DNA of 63,388 bases, filler included, from Octopus bimaculoides (GCF_001194135.2; 11 parts of 11 records of this genome joined end to end with filler, not necessarily neighbours in it); one strand, 5' to 3'. Shown: positions 1 through 13,508, counted from the whole stretch's first letter. The notes: generated by a model from the letters alone, not told the origin. A program made the numbers and translations.

Positions 1-582
1 ATGGATTTGATAATTTGTATTGTTTCCAACTTGACAAAGCCCTCTATTATGTTGGTTATTTGTGGTGAATAGAAAACAAGTATTTTTGGTTAGCTTAATA
101 TATACCCCATCTGTCGAATTTCTAATGGAGACAATTGGGAATGTTTCGTGCCTCTTAACCGTCGTTAGCTCTACTACAGCCTATACGATTTCATACTAGA
201 CATACAGTAACTGAAAAAGATATATATTGTTCAAGGGTTAAACTAAGCTCTTTAATTTAATAAATTCCACACTAAATCCCTCTTATATCTCATGCGAGTA
301 TTGAACACATAAGAAAGCAATCATTTGTACAGTTACCATGCTTTTTATAGTTAAACAATTAATCTTATTTCACGGCGTTTTCGGTGGATCTAATTTTTTT
401 ATAGACACACAGTAATATAAGCTAGTTATTGCTGCACAACTGAACAAGTCGGAAGTCTACACTTTTGCTGATGTCTGTGGGGTTTCCTGCAAATATTCGC
501 AGAATTTTCTGTTGCTTTATCGGTCACAGCATAATGTTAGCTAAGAGCTATATAGCTTTTCTTTATCGACGCATTTAATTTT

Positions 583-732
583 ACTCTACATTGGAAATAA
601 TGAAACTCACCTTTACCTAACTAGCTTATCTAGCTAGCTAGCTAGCTACCTACCTACCTACTCTACATTGGAAATAATGAAACTCACCTTTACCTAACTA
701 GCTTATCTAGCTAGCTAGCTACCTACCTACCT
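583..732 (+). repeat. 77-nt tandem duplication ending in (AGCT)n(ACCT)n
   Basis: ACTCTACATTGGAAATAATGAAACTCACC... starts at 583 and again at 660; the copies differ only in AGCT unit number. Confidence 0.8.
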
Positions 733-1488
733 ACCTACCTCTCTATCTACTTACCTACCTACATGCATACATACATACATACGGCGCCGTCAACATCAAA
801 CGTGCTGGCATAGAAAAACGTTTTGAGAGTTTTCTTCAGTATTTATGCCGACTACTTCAGCCTAAATCTGAAACTGGTTTAATTTCTCCAGTTATAAATA
901 ATACAAACACAGTTTACTTAGGAACGTTGCGTTATTCAGACGAAAATAATAATTAAAAAAAGCTTATACCACGTAAGGTTTCGCTAACACGATAACGACT
1001 GAAACTAGTACTACCGACAGAAACCGCACTACAGCATACATACATGCATACATACATCCATACATACATACATACATACATACATGCATACATACATACA
1101 TGCATACATACATAATACATACATACATAATACATACATACATATATACGTAATTATGGACAATTGCTTTGAAACCAGTTTTTATATCCAGATTGCAAAT
1201 TTACATCTATACCAATAATAATTGGAGCACTTGGTTAGTTTTCTAAGTAAATGCCTAACTGTCAGTCTGGATAAGAGTGAACTTTCAAAAAAAGAAATCA
1301 ACTAACTGATTCGCACATTATAAATACAGTCAGTAAGCGCAAGGCTTTTCTTAGGTTTAACATGTGACATTGTTTTTGTTATATACATTCCAGCGATGGA
1401 GCGTTGTATCTTTGCTAGAAACCAGCTCCTTTATTCAGAGGAAGAATTTAAATGATTAAAAACAGAAGATTCATACATGCATACATAC

Positions 1489-1659
1489 ATGATGATGGCC
1501 GTCCTCTCGTCACCGAGGGAGACTATTGCTGTCCTTCAGGAACATTGTGCGTTCTAGGACTAACTTATATTTTGCATTTGCGGCTCCGTTGGTGGCTAAT
1601 GAGCCCTGCTCTTGACAAACATACATAACTGCAAACATTGCAAACCAAGCTTTCCCCCA
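1489..1659 (-). mobile_element. RTE-like LINE 3' end
   Basis: Minus frame LVCNVCSYVCLSRAGLISHQRSRKCKI* (C2H2-like terminal finger typical of RTE ORFs), stop at 1565-1567, short 3' UTR ending GACGGCCATCATCAT. Confidence 0.7.
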
Positions 1660-2225
1660 TATATATATATATATATATANNNNNNNNNNNNNNNNNNNNN
1701 NNNNNNNNNNNNNNNNNNNNNNNNNNNNNNNNNNNNNNNNNNNNNNNNNNNNNNNNNNNNNNNNNNNNNNNNNNNNNNNNNNNNNNNNNNNNNNNNNNNN
1801 NNNNNNNNNNNNNNNNNNNNNNNNNNNNNNNNNNNNNNNNNNNNNNNNNNNNNNNNNNNNNNNNNNNNNNNNNNNNNNNNNNNNNNNNNNNNNNNNNNNN
1901 NNNNNNNNNNNNNNNNNNNNNNNNNNNNNNNNNNNNNNNNNNNNNNNNNNNNNNNNNNNNNNNNNNNNNNNNNNNNNNNNNNNNNNNNNNNNNNNNNNNN
2001 NNNNNNNNNNNNNNNNNNNNNNNNNNNNNNNNNNNNNNNNNNNNNNNNNNNNNNNNNNNNNNNNNNNNNNNNNNNNNNNNNNNNNNNNNNNNNNNNNNNN
2101 NNNNNNNNNNNNNNNNNNNNNNNNNNNNNNNNNNNNNNNNNNNNNNNNNNNNNNNNNNNNNNNNNNNNNNNNNNNNNNNNNNNNNNNNNNNNNNNNNNNN
2201 NNNNNNNNTATATACATACTTATAT

Positions 2226-2271
<46 letters not shown>

Positions 2272-2995
2272 AGCAGTTATTTTATGACAGAGCTTGAAGA
2301 GAGTCATTGCAAACTGAAGAATATCACCTGATATTCAAAGCGAAAATTTATATTAAAATATGAAAATATTAATTCGGCTCCGAGGAAAAAGAAAACGAAA
2401 AAAAAAAAAACAACTCAAAAACATTAAATGACAAGTTGATGAAAATAATGCTAACGTCAAGTACTTAATTTGATTTATAGAAATTCCAAAGATGAAAATA
2501 AAACCAAAAGAAGACAAATATTACAATACAGACAGTAACTATGTGGGTGTACTTCAGTTTACATGTATATACATACGCGCGAAGGCAAATGTACATCTTT
2601 ATATGCTTATTCGGCATAATAATACTAATACCCTCTACCAATAGACACCGTTAATACAATGTTTGGTAATTAAATTGTATTTTTCAATTTCAATTAAATT
2701 AATGCTGCATACATCCAGTTACTTTTCACGTGAATGACATTCAGAGAGAAAATTGACGTACGCAATGTCTATCTATCTATCTATCTATCTATCTAGCTAT
2801 CTCTCTGGTTGTGAATCTATCTATCTATTTATCTATCTATCTGTATATATAGATATATATCTGGCTGTCAATCTATGTATGTATGAATGTATGTATGTAT
2901 TTATGTATGTATGGATTTATGTATGTATGTATTTATGTATGTATGAATGTATGTATGTATGTATGTATCTGTCTGTCTGTCTGTCTGTCTATCTG

Positions 2996-3046
<51 letters not shown>

Positions 3047-3684
3047 GTTTGAGCATGTATTTGACCGCAACTGCGCTGGAATCCCGTGTTTGTTTGTTTT
3101 CGTTACTGCTGTTTAGCGATTCGGCATTTGAGATCGATCGAATAATTATCAAGCTTAAAAATAAGTATTAGGCTCGATTTATTTAACTAAAACCTTCGAA
3201 CGATTATTATTTTTTTTTATTTGTGCATGTGTGTGAGTGTGTTTGTTTGTTTGTTTGTTTGTGTGTGTGTGTGTGTGTACGTGCGTTTGTAGAAAGTGGT
3301 TGGGTTGTTTAAAAGGTTCACAAAGTTTTTGGTTTCGTCCTTCTGAACAAGTTCATTATAATTTAGCCTCGGACAAGTTTAACTCGTCAGAGGTTTGTTG
3401 CTCCTGGGAGGTCTGCTGCTACTGAGAGACGAGTCAAAAATTGATCAACACTGTGGAGTCTACTGCGTGAGGGTCTCTTCTGGTGTAGGTCTGGAAAACT
3501 CTTAGACCCAAGAAATGCCACTGATAATGCATTCAAGAAAGTTTCAATCGCACGATTTCATTTCGTACTTGAAAATCTCAGATCAATTCGCACATTCATA
3601 ACTACATACATACCTGCACATAAACACACACACACACATACACACACATTTATAAATATCCATATATGTGAATATATACACTCA

Positions 3685-3724
<40 letters not shown>

Positions 3725-4086
3725 NNNNNNNNNNNNNNNNNNNNNNNNNNNNNNNNNNNNNNNNNNNNNNNNNNNNNNNNNNNNNNNNNNNNNNNNNNNN
3801 NNNNNNNNNNNNNNNNNNNNNNNNNNNNNNNNNNNNNNNNNNNNNNNNNNNNNNNNNNNNNNNNNNNNNNNNNNNNNNNNNNNNNNNNNNNNNNNNNNNN
3901 NNNNNNNNNNNNNNNNNNNNNNNNNNNNNNNNNNNNNNNNNNNNNNNNNNNNNNNNNNNNNNNNNNNNNNNNNNNNNNNNNNNNNNNNNNNNNNNNNNNN
4001 NNNNNNNNNNNNNNNNNNNNNNNNNNNNNNNNNNNNNNNNNNNNNNNNNNNNNNNNNNNNNNNNNNNNNNNNNNNNNNNNNNNNNN

Positions 4087-4203
4087 GTGGAGCTTTAGGT
4101 GTTTTCGCTCAATAAACACTCACAGCGCCCGGTCTGGGAATCGAAACCGCGATCCTATGACCGCGAGTCCGCTGCCCTAACTACTGGGCCATTGCGCCTC
4201 CAC
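4087..4203 (-). mobile_element. tRNA-derived SINE family C, head
   Basis: Minus: GTGGAGGCGCAATGGCCCAGTAGTTAGG (A box) and GGTTTCGATTCCC (B box); four more copies in the window. Confidence 0.85.
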
Positions 4204-4331
4204 ATACACACACCTACGGGATTAGAACATATATAATTACATTCAAACATATATAACTACAGATGTTTTCCTTCACAACTTTGCTACCAAGTGGGTGGTC
4301 AGTCAAAGTTGACTCTCAATTAAAGAAAAAG

Positions 4332-4374
<43 letters not shown>

Positions 4375-4768
4375 TGTACACGCGCGCACACACACATACA
4401 CATACATATATAGCTGTATGTGCATGAATGTATATGTATGTATGTATGTACGTATATGTACTTTTGTGTGTGTGTGTGTATATATAAACATAAAAATAAA
4501 ATCTCCGCGCCTTCCTATACATTACCAAAATCTTTTATTAGTGGTTTAGCGACATAACGACTCCATTGATTGTTTATATTCTGTATATTTCATTTTTACT
4601 TCTACAGTACGGAGACGCGGTTATTGTCTAGAATAGATAACCCTCTCCCGCAGATAAAATTAGCTTACATAAAACGTAACCGTAGTCTTCTGGGATGAAT
4701 TACAAGTCTTCCGGACTTATTTTGGGAAATAGCATCTTAGACACGGGAATTAAAATACGTACGAAACG

Positions 4769-4806
<38 letters not shown>

Positions 4807-4985
4807 GTGTGTGTGTGTGTTTTAGGTAGTTAGAATGCTTTCCTTATTTTGCTATATAAGATTAATTTAATATGAAGTGTTGCTGTATTTGATTAATTAA
4901 ATAACATAGAATTATATATATTATATATATGTATGTATACGTATCTGTGTGTGTTCATGTGTGCGTATGTTGGCGTATGTGTGTG

Positions 4986-5028
<43 letters not shown>

Positions 5029-5641
5029 NNNNNNNNNNNNNNNNNNNNNNNNNNNNNNNNNNNNNNNNNNNNNNNNNNNNNNNNNNNNNNNNNNNNNNNN
5101 NNNNNNNNNNNNNNNNNNNNNNNNNNNNNNNNNNNNNNNNNNNNNNNNNNNNNNNNNNNNNNNNNNNNNNNNNNNNNNNNNNNNNNNNNNNNNNNNNNNN
5201 NNNNNNNNNNNNNNNNNNNNNNNNNNNNNNNNNNNNNNNNNNNNNNNNNNNNNNNNNNNNNNNNNNNNNNNNNNNNNNNNNNNNNNNNNNNNNNNNNNNN
5301 NNNNNNNNNNNNNNNNNNNNNNNNNNNNNNNNNNNNNNNNNNNNNNNNNNNNNNNNNNNNNNNNNNNNNNNNNNNNNNNNNNNNNNNNNNNNNNNNNNNN
5401 NNNNNNNNNNNNNNNNNNNNNNNNNNNNNNNNNNNNNNNNNNNNNNNNNNNNNNNNNNNNNNNNNNNNNNNNNNNNNNNNNNNNNNNNNNNNNNNNNNNN
5501 NNNNNNNNNNNNNNNNNNNNNNNNNNNNNNNNNNNNNNNNNNNNNNNNNNNNNNNNNNNNNNNNNNNNNNNNNNNNNNNNNNNNNNNNNNNNNNNNNNNN
5601 NNNNNNNNNNNNNNNNNNNNNNNNNNNNNNNNNNNNNNNNN

Positions 5642-5677
<36 letters not shown>

Positions 5678-5856
5678 GTGTGTGTGTGTGTTTTAGGTAG
5701 TTAGAATGCTTTCCTTATTTTGCTATATAAGATTAATTTAATATGAAGTGTTGCTGTATTTGATTAATTAAATAACATAGAATTATATATATTATATATA
5801 TGTATGTATACGTATCTGTGTGTGTTCATGTGTGCGTATGTTGGCGTATGTGTGTG

Positions 5857-5905
<49 letters not shown>

Positions 5906-7258
5906 AGGGTAACTTTTCTAGGTGCAATCCCATGGTCAGTCATGACCGAAGAGGGTGTCAGCATGTATGTTATATGCATACCTTGCATATTTACATATAT
6001 GTATATACCAATATGTGTATGTGAGTGTGTGTGTGTGTGTATATATGTGCATTTTAAAAACAATATTCCGCACAGTTCCTCTGTTCCTGCTTACCAAATT
6101 CACTCACAAAGCATCGTTATACAGCGAATCCCTTTTTTGTTATTTTGCTGCTTAAGTCGGTGGTGCCTGATACGACAGAGATCTGTTTACTTTCTCGCAA
6201 GGCTTACAAACGTGTACACGATTCATCGCCGACTCGTATTATTTCATTAGATGTTAATGCATTAAACACAGTAGAATTATTCACCTGTTGTTAATACCAC
6301 AAAACTACAAAGCTTAGGCAAATATCCAAACCAGTAAAACAAATTCGAGAACAAGAAAGACGGTCATTGTAATTATGGAGAGAACATTTTAGAAAGCAAA
6401 TCCAACATGTAATTTGTATAACAAAAGGGATTATCGAACGTCTGTCAAGAACTTGTGTCGTTCTTATTTACTACCAGTACCGCTTCTGATTAAATCTCGG
6501 ATTATATGTTCTGGTATTAGTGGCTGCGGCATTGGTAGTAGTGCTGGTGGCTATGATGGTAGTGGTGGTGATTATACTGCTAATGTTTGGAGAGAAAGCA
6601 TCATAAAATTGATTTAAATCATACAAAATTAATATTTACCTTCTTTTATTTTTATAACAAGTTAAACATTTTTTTTCGAAAAAATAAACTTTATTTTCTC
6701 AAATTTATTTTATTATGTATTTATTATTTACTTATTTATTTATTTATTTATTTATTTATTTTGTTCTCTTTTCTTCCTACTTTCGGAACAAAGATTTCTT
6801 GAATTCCACGATAGTTTCCTCTGCGCCTTTATTTTAAGTTCCAGCATTAAACAGTTTNNNNNNNNNNNNNNNNNNNNNNNNNNNNNNNNNNNNNNNNNNN
6901 NNNNNNNNNNNNNNNNNNNNNNNNNNNNNNNNNNNNNNNNNNNNNNNNNNNNNNNNNNNNNNNNNNNNNNNNNNNNNNNNNNNNNNNNNNNNNNNNNNNN
7001 NNNNNNNNNNNNNNNNNNNNNNNNNNNNNNNNNNNNNNNNNNNNNNNNNNNNNNNNNNNNNNNNNNNNNNNNNNNNNNNNNNNNNNNNNNNNNNNNNNNN
7101 NNNNNNNNNNNNNNNNNNNNNNNNNNNNNNNNNNNNNNNNNNNNNNNNNNNNNNNNNNNNNNNNNNNNNNNNNNNNNNNNNNNNNNNNNNNNNNNNNNNN
7201 NNNNNNNNNNNNNNNNNNNNNNNNNNNNNNNNNNNNNNNNNNNNNNNNNNNNNNNNNN

Positions 7259-7274
7259 CACCACCACCACCACC

Positions 7275-7340
<66 letters not shown>
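7259..7340. repeat. (CCA)n(CTA)n microsatellite
   Basis: Direct reading; representative of hundreds of AC, AT, ATCT, ATAC, AAT, AAC and AG tracts across the window. Confidence 0.95.
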
Positions 7341-7342
<2 letters not shown>

Positions 7343-8400
7343 ATGTTAATATTGCTATTGTCATAATTTCCTGGCCTAATAACAGGCATTTATTTATTTA
7401 TTTATTTATTTATTCGTTTTTGCCTTGTTTTATTGTTAGTTGTTGTATTAAATCTCTTCGAACAATATTTTTGACGGATCTTTACAAATTTTCCTGTTTT
7501 TTATTTTATTTTATTATTTGTATTACAATCCCTTACATCTGAAAAATTCTTCGAATGATAATTCTTTCAAGAGTTGTTTAATATTCATTTCCTTTATTTA
7601 TAATATTTGTGTATTTTTGCATTTTTGTTTGGTTTTGTTTTTGTTTATTTTTGTTCTTGTTTTGTTTTGTGTGTTCTTATTGTTTGCGTGTGTATTTCTT
7701 AATTTACACCGCATGCACGCAAGTGTGTGTATGTATGTGCCTGTGTGCGTGTGAGACAATGTGCGTTTTTTTTTTTATCTGTATATCAGATAATAAAATG
7801 TATTGCGTGCTTGTATGAATGTTACAAAATATATCTGCTAGCCAATGTCGTAGAAATATATAACTAAGCGAAAAGAACTAAGAGACACAAGCTCACACAA
7901 CAAGAAATGTATTATCGCAAAGTCGGCAAAGTAGTCTTTGCAAGGTCGTTCGAACTGTAATAATAGCCACACCTATCATAAATCACCCTCAAATTACAGA
8001 GAAACGTGTTTAGAAAGGAGTTACGAGCGTCAGCTAGCATAGTTCTAGAACCCGAGTTAGGTAGGGTTTTTAGTTGAGTGGGTTATGGTAGGAGCGTTTT
8101 TTTTTATTATAATACTGCTTGACTGGAGTTGACCTGGTACAAAATAACAACAAAAAAAGCAACAGCAACAACAAGAACGACAGCAACAAAAACATAAGTA
8201 GCAACAACAACAACAACAACAACAACAATAACAACAGGCAGCAGCAGTAGTAACAACAGCAACAACAAAAGCAGCAACAACAGTAGGAACATGTACAATA
8301 ACAACGATGACACTGGGCAACAAAAAAAGATTTATTGTCTGCAGCCCAGACAAAGGGTGTTGTACTGAATTAAACAGAGTAGGTTGATTTCGAACCTGGA

Positions 8401-9403
8401 CTCAGAATTTCTGTAGCACGTCAGGATTTTGAGTAACGCACATAATTATATATTGGTGCTATATTAGTATTAAGGAATTGTTAAGTTCAAGGTAAATGAT
8501 TATTATAATAGTATATTAGTACGGTATATATTATGTTTATGCTCAAGGCAATTATTATTATAACATAATGATACATAGTATATTTATATTAAGAAAATAC
8601 TTTATTTTTCATATGCTCAGCTCAGGAATGTTTGAGACACTTGCTCTTGCGTTTATGTATCGTACTGATCTTCCGTTGTAGGAACCAGCAGTAGTCACCT
8701 ATCATGTGTGGATCGAACCAGTCTTGATACTTCGTTTCTATCTCAGGTATGTCCTGGTAGAACCCCTCACCATGCTCATCAATAACGGCACCAAAATTTG
8801 TAGGAAAGAAATCAAGATGGGAATGCAAGAAGTGCATTTTAAGGGACATTCAATATTCCATTCTTTCATACGCTGTTAGCATGTTGTTTATTAAATCAGC
8901 ATAGTTTTCTATGATTTCCAAGTTCTGGACAACTAACAGCTTTCAGCTCTGTGATTTCCAAGACAATTCTGTACAACTAACGGAAATGAATCCCATGCCG
9001 TCAGCTCAACTGGATTCAGTTTACCTCTGAGTTTGCTATCAGACATCAATTCTCTGATCTCACGTCCAATGAAAATGTCTGTTTTCAGTTTTGCGTAACT
9101 TTTCTCTGCACCAAATTTTACTTTTAAGTACTGGAAGTCAAAATCATTGTGTGGAATTGCTTTTACGAAGTTTTTCGTTTGTGTTATTGCTGTTATTTCT
9201 TTAATTGTGAATTAACACCGCATTCACTTTAGCAAATTTTATAATGCGGCCTATATCTAGCCGAAAGTATAGTTATAATATTGCTCATAACTCAAAACCC
9301 TGACGTGCTAGAGTAATTCTGAGGGCAGATTTGGGATCAGCGTCCTCGATTTAGTCCAAAACATATGCTTTTACCCCAGTAGCAAAATCTTTGTTGTCCA
9401 GTG
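8401..9403 (-). mobile_element. Chapaev3-like (CMC group) DNA transposon, internally deleted and decayed
   Basis: Minus translation KNFVKAIP..FQYLKVKFG..AKLKTDIFIGREIRELM.. then MSLKMHFLHSHLDFFPTNFGAVIDEHGEGFYQDI..GDYCWFL; terminus CACTGGACAAC at 9403 flanked by TWA; subterminal inverted repeat 8401-8433 vs 9291-9323 (30/33). Family name is from remembered motifs. Confidence 0.75.
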
Positions 9404-9422
9404 TAATAGGATCAGCAATAAA

Positions 9423-9435
9423 ACAGCAGCAGCAG

Positions 9436-9479
<44 letters not shown>

Positions 9480-9486
9480 TCACCAA

Positions 9487-9518
<32 letters not shown>

Positions 9519-9590
9519 ACAACAACAACAGTGTCAGCAGCAGTAGCAGCAACAAAACAACAACAACAACAACGACAATAACAACAATAG
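9423..9590. repeat. (CAG/CAA)n compound microsatellite
   Basis: Direct reading; a similar tract lies at 8150-8310. Confidence 0.9.
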
Positions 9591-9939
9591 CGTTTCTGTC
9601 AGTCGCACGGCTTCCATTTTGCTTAAAGAGGATTAACAGACGTTCATTGATAACAGATGTTGTGGATGTTTGGCATGAGAGTTATTTTTTGTTGCTGGTG
9701 TTGGATGCAGTTGTTGTTGATTAGCCTCAAGCTAGACCTAACTCTAAACCGTTCCAGCCAGTGGACATCTTGTCTTTTTATTCAGACACAATTTATCTGA
9801 GACTATCATCGTTCCTTTTTTGTTTTCGTTGTTGCTGTTGTTGATTATCCCGAAGTAAACTCAGACGGGCGTTCCATTCTGTGCCCATCCCTTATAATTT
9901 TTTTTTATTCAGACATTGTATTTAAGAGTACACTGTTTT

Positions 9940-10085
9940 CTTTTACCTTTTGCTTGTTTCGGTCATTGAACTACAACCACGCAAGGACTCTGGCTTGAAA
10001 GACTTAGTCGAAAAGTTTGCACCCTGCATCTATCTTTTAAATCAGAGATTTATTTTCTTGGTTCTTTGCCGAACTGTTCAGTTAT
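9940..10085 (-). mobile_element. SINE family A, decayed tail
   Basis: Matches the tail of the copies at 41287-41680 and 56091-56714 (GAAACAAG..AAAAG end, CAGTTCGGCAAAG). Confidence 0.55.
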
Positions 10086-10283
10086 CTATTATCAAAGTCG
10101 TTCTAGATGTGGCCATCTGTGATTTTGTTCAAGTTCTGATTTATCTAGAAGAATATTATTCTGGAAACAATAATTGTGCATTGGAAAAATCTTTAAAGCA
10201 TCATGGGAAAAAAAACTGTGTGGTAATATGTTCTGAGTTCAAGTTCCGCCTTGTTCAACTTTGCAATTTGTCATCTAAAAGGT

Positions 10284-10607
10284 AATGACCCCCTTCGGCC
10301 ATGAATGACCATGGGATTACGCCCGGAAATTTCCCTTCCGGGCAAGTTTGTTTATGAAAGACCGGCAGTCACCCATGCATACCAGCCTCCCTTCTCCATA
10401 CTACTGATGTTATACAAGGGAAAAGCAAACGACGATACAGTTTGACGCCAGTGATGTCGCAACTCATTTCTACAGCTGATTGAACTGGAGCAAAATGAAA
10501 TGAAGTGTCTCGCTCAAGAACACAACACACAGTCCGGTCCGGGAATCGAATGCACTACCCCATAATTGTGAGCCCGACGCTCTAACCACTGAACCATGCA
10601 CCTTCTC
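10284..10607 (-). mobile_element. tRNA-derived SINE family D, near full length
   Basis: Minus head ..GCATGGTTCAGTGGTTAGAGCGTCGG.. with B box TTCGATTCCCGG and body GTTCTTGAGCGAGACACTT; homologous to 51735-52067. Confidence 0.85.
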
Positions 10608-11599
10608 CAATATGTTATCCAGGGATGTTTAAAATAAGTATCAATCAACTACAGGGCTAGATTTAATTAACTAAACAATTTCCCCCAAATTTCAGGTTCA
10701 GATCCTATGTTAGAAACATCAAGGCCGTAGAACTGAATCTTTAGATTGTCGAAAAAAAATGGTTGCTGTATTTGTTTTTAGTCCTTACGATCTCAATTGT
10801 AATCATGACACAGCAAATTTTACCGTTCGTTCTCTTGGGGTGGGTTGATAAAGTTCCACTCCAGTACTGGGGTCAATGTAATCGACTAGTTCTCCTCCCT
10901 CTAAACTTAAACATTGGGCCTTGTTCTAAAATTATTATTACCATTTCAATTTGCAATTAAGAAAAAAAAAATCCGTATATTTTGAAAGGGGCGTGTGCAA
11001 ATCAATTAAATCGAACCCGGCGATGAAGTGGTGCTCAGTTCATTGCCTCCACAAAAGACGAACAGGTAAATTGACTCCGGCTGTGTCTGATCTCGAAAGT
11101 TAAAAGAAAATAAGTAAATAGTCATCGTATTGCTTATTTTACAAGAAGAAAGCTGAAAGAGATTAACATTTCCCTTCTAAATAAACTAATACTGAATCAT
11201 CAGACAAAGTTATTTCCTATATCCAGAAACAAATTCTGTTTGCTTCGAAACAGACATTAAATATCATCCGTTGAACAACGATGACATATGCAAACAGCCC
11301 GTGGTTCCTTTCTTTCAAATCGATAATTTAATCATTATGGTTTCATTTTGAACATCGTTTGTAAATATTGATTGTTTTACTCATGCTGAAGGCAAAACAT
11401 GTATAAGTAACATATAAAATAAAAAGAAGAAAATGTATAAATAGTTTAAATTATATCATACATTCAATATCAACCACCGTGTATCACTGATACTAGACAA
11501 CGAGTTATATGGTTGCTTGATTTGATAAAAATTGCAGTGAAATCTCCATCAAATACAGATTGCTGTCGTAAAAAAAGAAATGGTAGAGATAATGGGTCT

Positions 11600-11760
11600 A
11601 GGCGAGGCTGTATGGTAGAAAGCTCGGTTCCTAACCATATAGTTCAGAGCTCAGTCCGACTGCGTGCCGCCTTGGGCAGGTGTCTTTTACTACAGCCTCT
11701 TTCCGGCGAAAAGACTTGTGAGTGGATCTGGTAGACGCAAATTGAAAGAATCCTGTTGTA
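11600..11760 (+). mobile_element. SINE family A, head plus CORE-like segment
   Basis: GGCTGTATGGTAG..CCTTGGGCAGGTGTCTTTTACTACAGCC..TTGTGAGTGGATCTGGTAGACG. Confidence 0.8.
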
Positions 11761-11809
11761 TACACTATCTCTCTCTCTCTCTCACACCCATGTATGTATA
11801 TGTATTAAA

Positions 11810-12252
11810 TTGTCACTAAATGTGTTAAAAATACCGACATTGCTAGATATAAGAGCTGAAATGCTCTAATGCTATAGTTGATGCACATGAATGAAAACAT
11901 ATACCAACAGGGACCATAATTGTCTGAAAAGTTTACATTTCATTTTGTGTATACACATTAGCGAATCTTTAAATCAGCCATTAATTTGGATGAAGAAAAC
12001 ATATATGCTAATAGAGAAACAGATCCGGAAATAGTCGAACACCGAATGGTTTATATGATGAAGGCAACGGAAATTGCTGAAACCGACGCAATCAGTCTTA
12101 AGAATTCTCGGTCGGTATTTTTCGGACAATTATGGACCCTGTGAGAGTAAATATTTTCATTCGTGTGCTTTAACTACAGCATTAGAGCATTTTAGCTCTT
12201 ATTTCTAGCAATGTACGTGTTTTTTAACAGTATAGTCACAATTTAGTGACAA
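11810..12252. mobile_element. Fold-back element with ~120-nt inverted arms, possibly Penelope-derived
   Basis: 11810-11930 is the reverse complement of 12120-12252 (e.g. CATTGCTAGA.ATAAGAGCT.AAATGCTCTAATGCT); the spacer holds TGATGA-A-GGCAA..TTGCT-GAAAC. Confidence 0.7.
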
Positions 12253-12319
12253 TAATAATTCTCCTTTTTGGTGCAATATTGCAACATGATGCTTACATTA
12301 ATTTTGTATGTGTATATAT

Positions 12320-12419
12320 NNNNNNNNNNNNNNNNNNNNNNNNNNNNNNNNNNNNNNNNNNNNTTAATTAATTAANNNNNNNNNNNNNNNNNNNNNNNNN
12401 NNNNNNNNNNNNNNNNNNN
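12320..12419. other. Artificial scaffold spacer 44N-TTAATTAATTAA-44N (first of ten)
   Basis: Identical six-frame-stop 12-mer at 12364, 17764, 27244, 37344, 43529, 48682, 51307, 53387, 57755 and 61956, each inside a 100-bp gap. Confidence 0.95.
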
Positions 12420-12463
12420 ATATATATATATATGTGTTATATATGGGTGGGTGGGTGCGTGTA

Positions 12464-12496
<33 letters not shown>

Positions 12497-12499
<3 letters not shown>

Positions 12500-12685
12500 C
12501 TCATTGTATCTGTGTTTAGGTCTCTGTAACCTAGCAGTTCGGCAGGAGTGTCGAACAGAATAAGTACTAGTCTAAAAAAAAAACGATAGTAGCTAGTGGG
12601 GTAGATTAAATCGACTAAACATTTTTCAAGGATGCTGCCCCAGTATGGCCGCAGTCTAATGGCTGAGACAAGTATAAGAATAAAA
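12497..12685 (+). mobile_element. SINE family A, body and tail
   Basis: TAACCTAGCAGTTCGGC..AGAATAAGTACTAG..CAGTATGGCCGCAGTC..GAGACAAGTATAAGA. Confidence 0.7.
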
Positions 12686-12970
12686 GCTGAAACAAAGCCA
12701 AGCATGTCGGTGGAGACCTCGTACAACAAAATCTGTGATAAAAATAAAAGCAGAACAATAAAAAACACTTTCTCAAACTAGTATCGAAACCGGCACCTCA
12801 GGATTACTAAAAAAAAAATAACTTCTTATTAACTCGGCCTTTTTCTCGGCCCTACATCACCCAGTAAAAGATCACAGGACATTGACATACACACCAGAGG
12901 GCAGCTTGACCGTAGCAGAAACCCAACAACCTTAAACGTACACACATATATGCACACGCTGGAATAACAA

Positions 12971-13219
12971 ACTTCCGCTCGTTACTGAAATTACTTCCGG
13001 TTTTGCCTTATTACTTAATTTTCCTCATTAGATCATTTTTTGTTTTTATCATTTTTTTTCTCGTTATTTATTTATTTTTTCCAGTTATATCATTTAGTAT
13101 GTGTGTGTGTGTTCATCTGTCTCTTCTTCTTCTTCTTCTTCTTCTTCTTCTTCTTCTTCTTCTTCGTTTTCGTCAGTCTTATTATCGATATCGTCATCGT
13201 CATCGTCGCCGTCATCATC

Positions 13220-13251
<32 letters not shown>

Positions 13252-13310
13252 CATAATCAACTACTCCTTTCTCTTCTTTTCTTGTCTAACTACACCAACC
13301 CCGAGACAAT

Positions 13311-13356
<46 letters not shown>

Positions 13357-13508
13357 GCTACACTGGACCCCAGTAATACATATTTAGCATCAAGGAAATA
13401 AAACAATTCTATGATATAAATCCATCGACAGCCACCAGGATCCAGCGAAAATGAAAGATACAAGGCTACGCCATACGAAACATCGTTGACTACTTCGGCC
13501 GCCATCTT
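12971..13508 (-). promoter_or_regulatory. Possible housekeeping-type promoter or first exon
   Basis: ETS-like ACTTCCGC at 12971 and ACTTCCGG at 12993; YY1-like AAGATGGCGGC on minus at 13508-13498 giving MAAEVVND.. in unique CpG-retaining sequence. No exon chain found. Confidence 0.22.

Noticed and set aside
3310-3395. Hammerhead on minus (CTGACGAG..GGACGAAAC)
   Set aside because: Cleavage triplet would be GUG and stem I does not form
4771-5900. Direct repeat of about 250 bp (4771-5028 and 5641-5900)
   Set aside because: Identical copies on both sides of a gap, most simply an unmerged contig overlap; same for 20210-20345 and 56257-56686
11161-11210. Hammerhead on minus (CTGATGA..GAAATGTT)
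   Set aside because: Stems I and II do not pair
12364-12375. TTAATTAATTAA as a biological repeat or CRISPR-like array
   Set aside because: It is always centred in a 100-bp N gap and gives stops in all six frames; an assembly spacer
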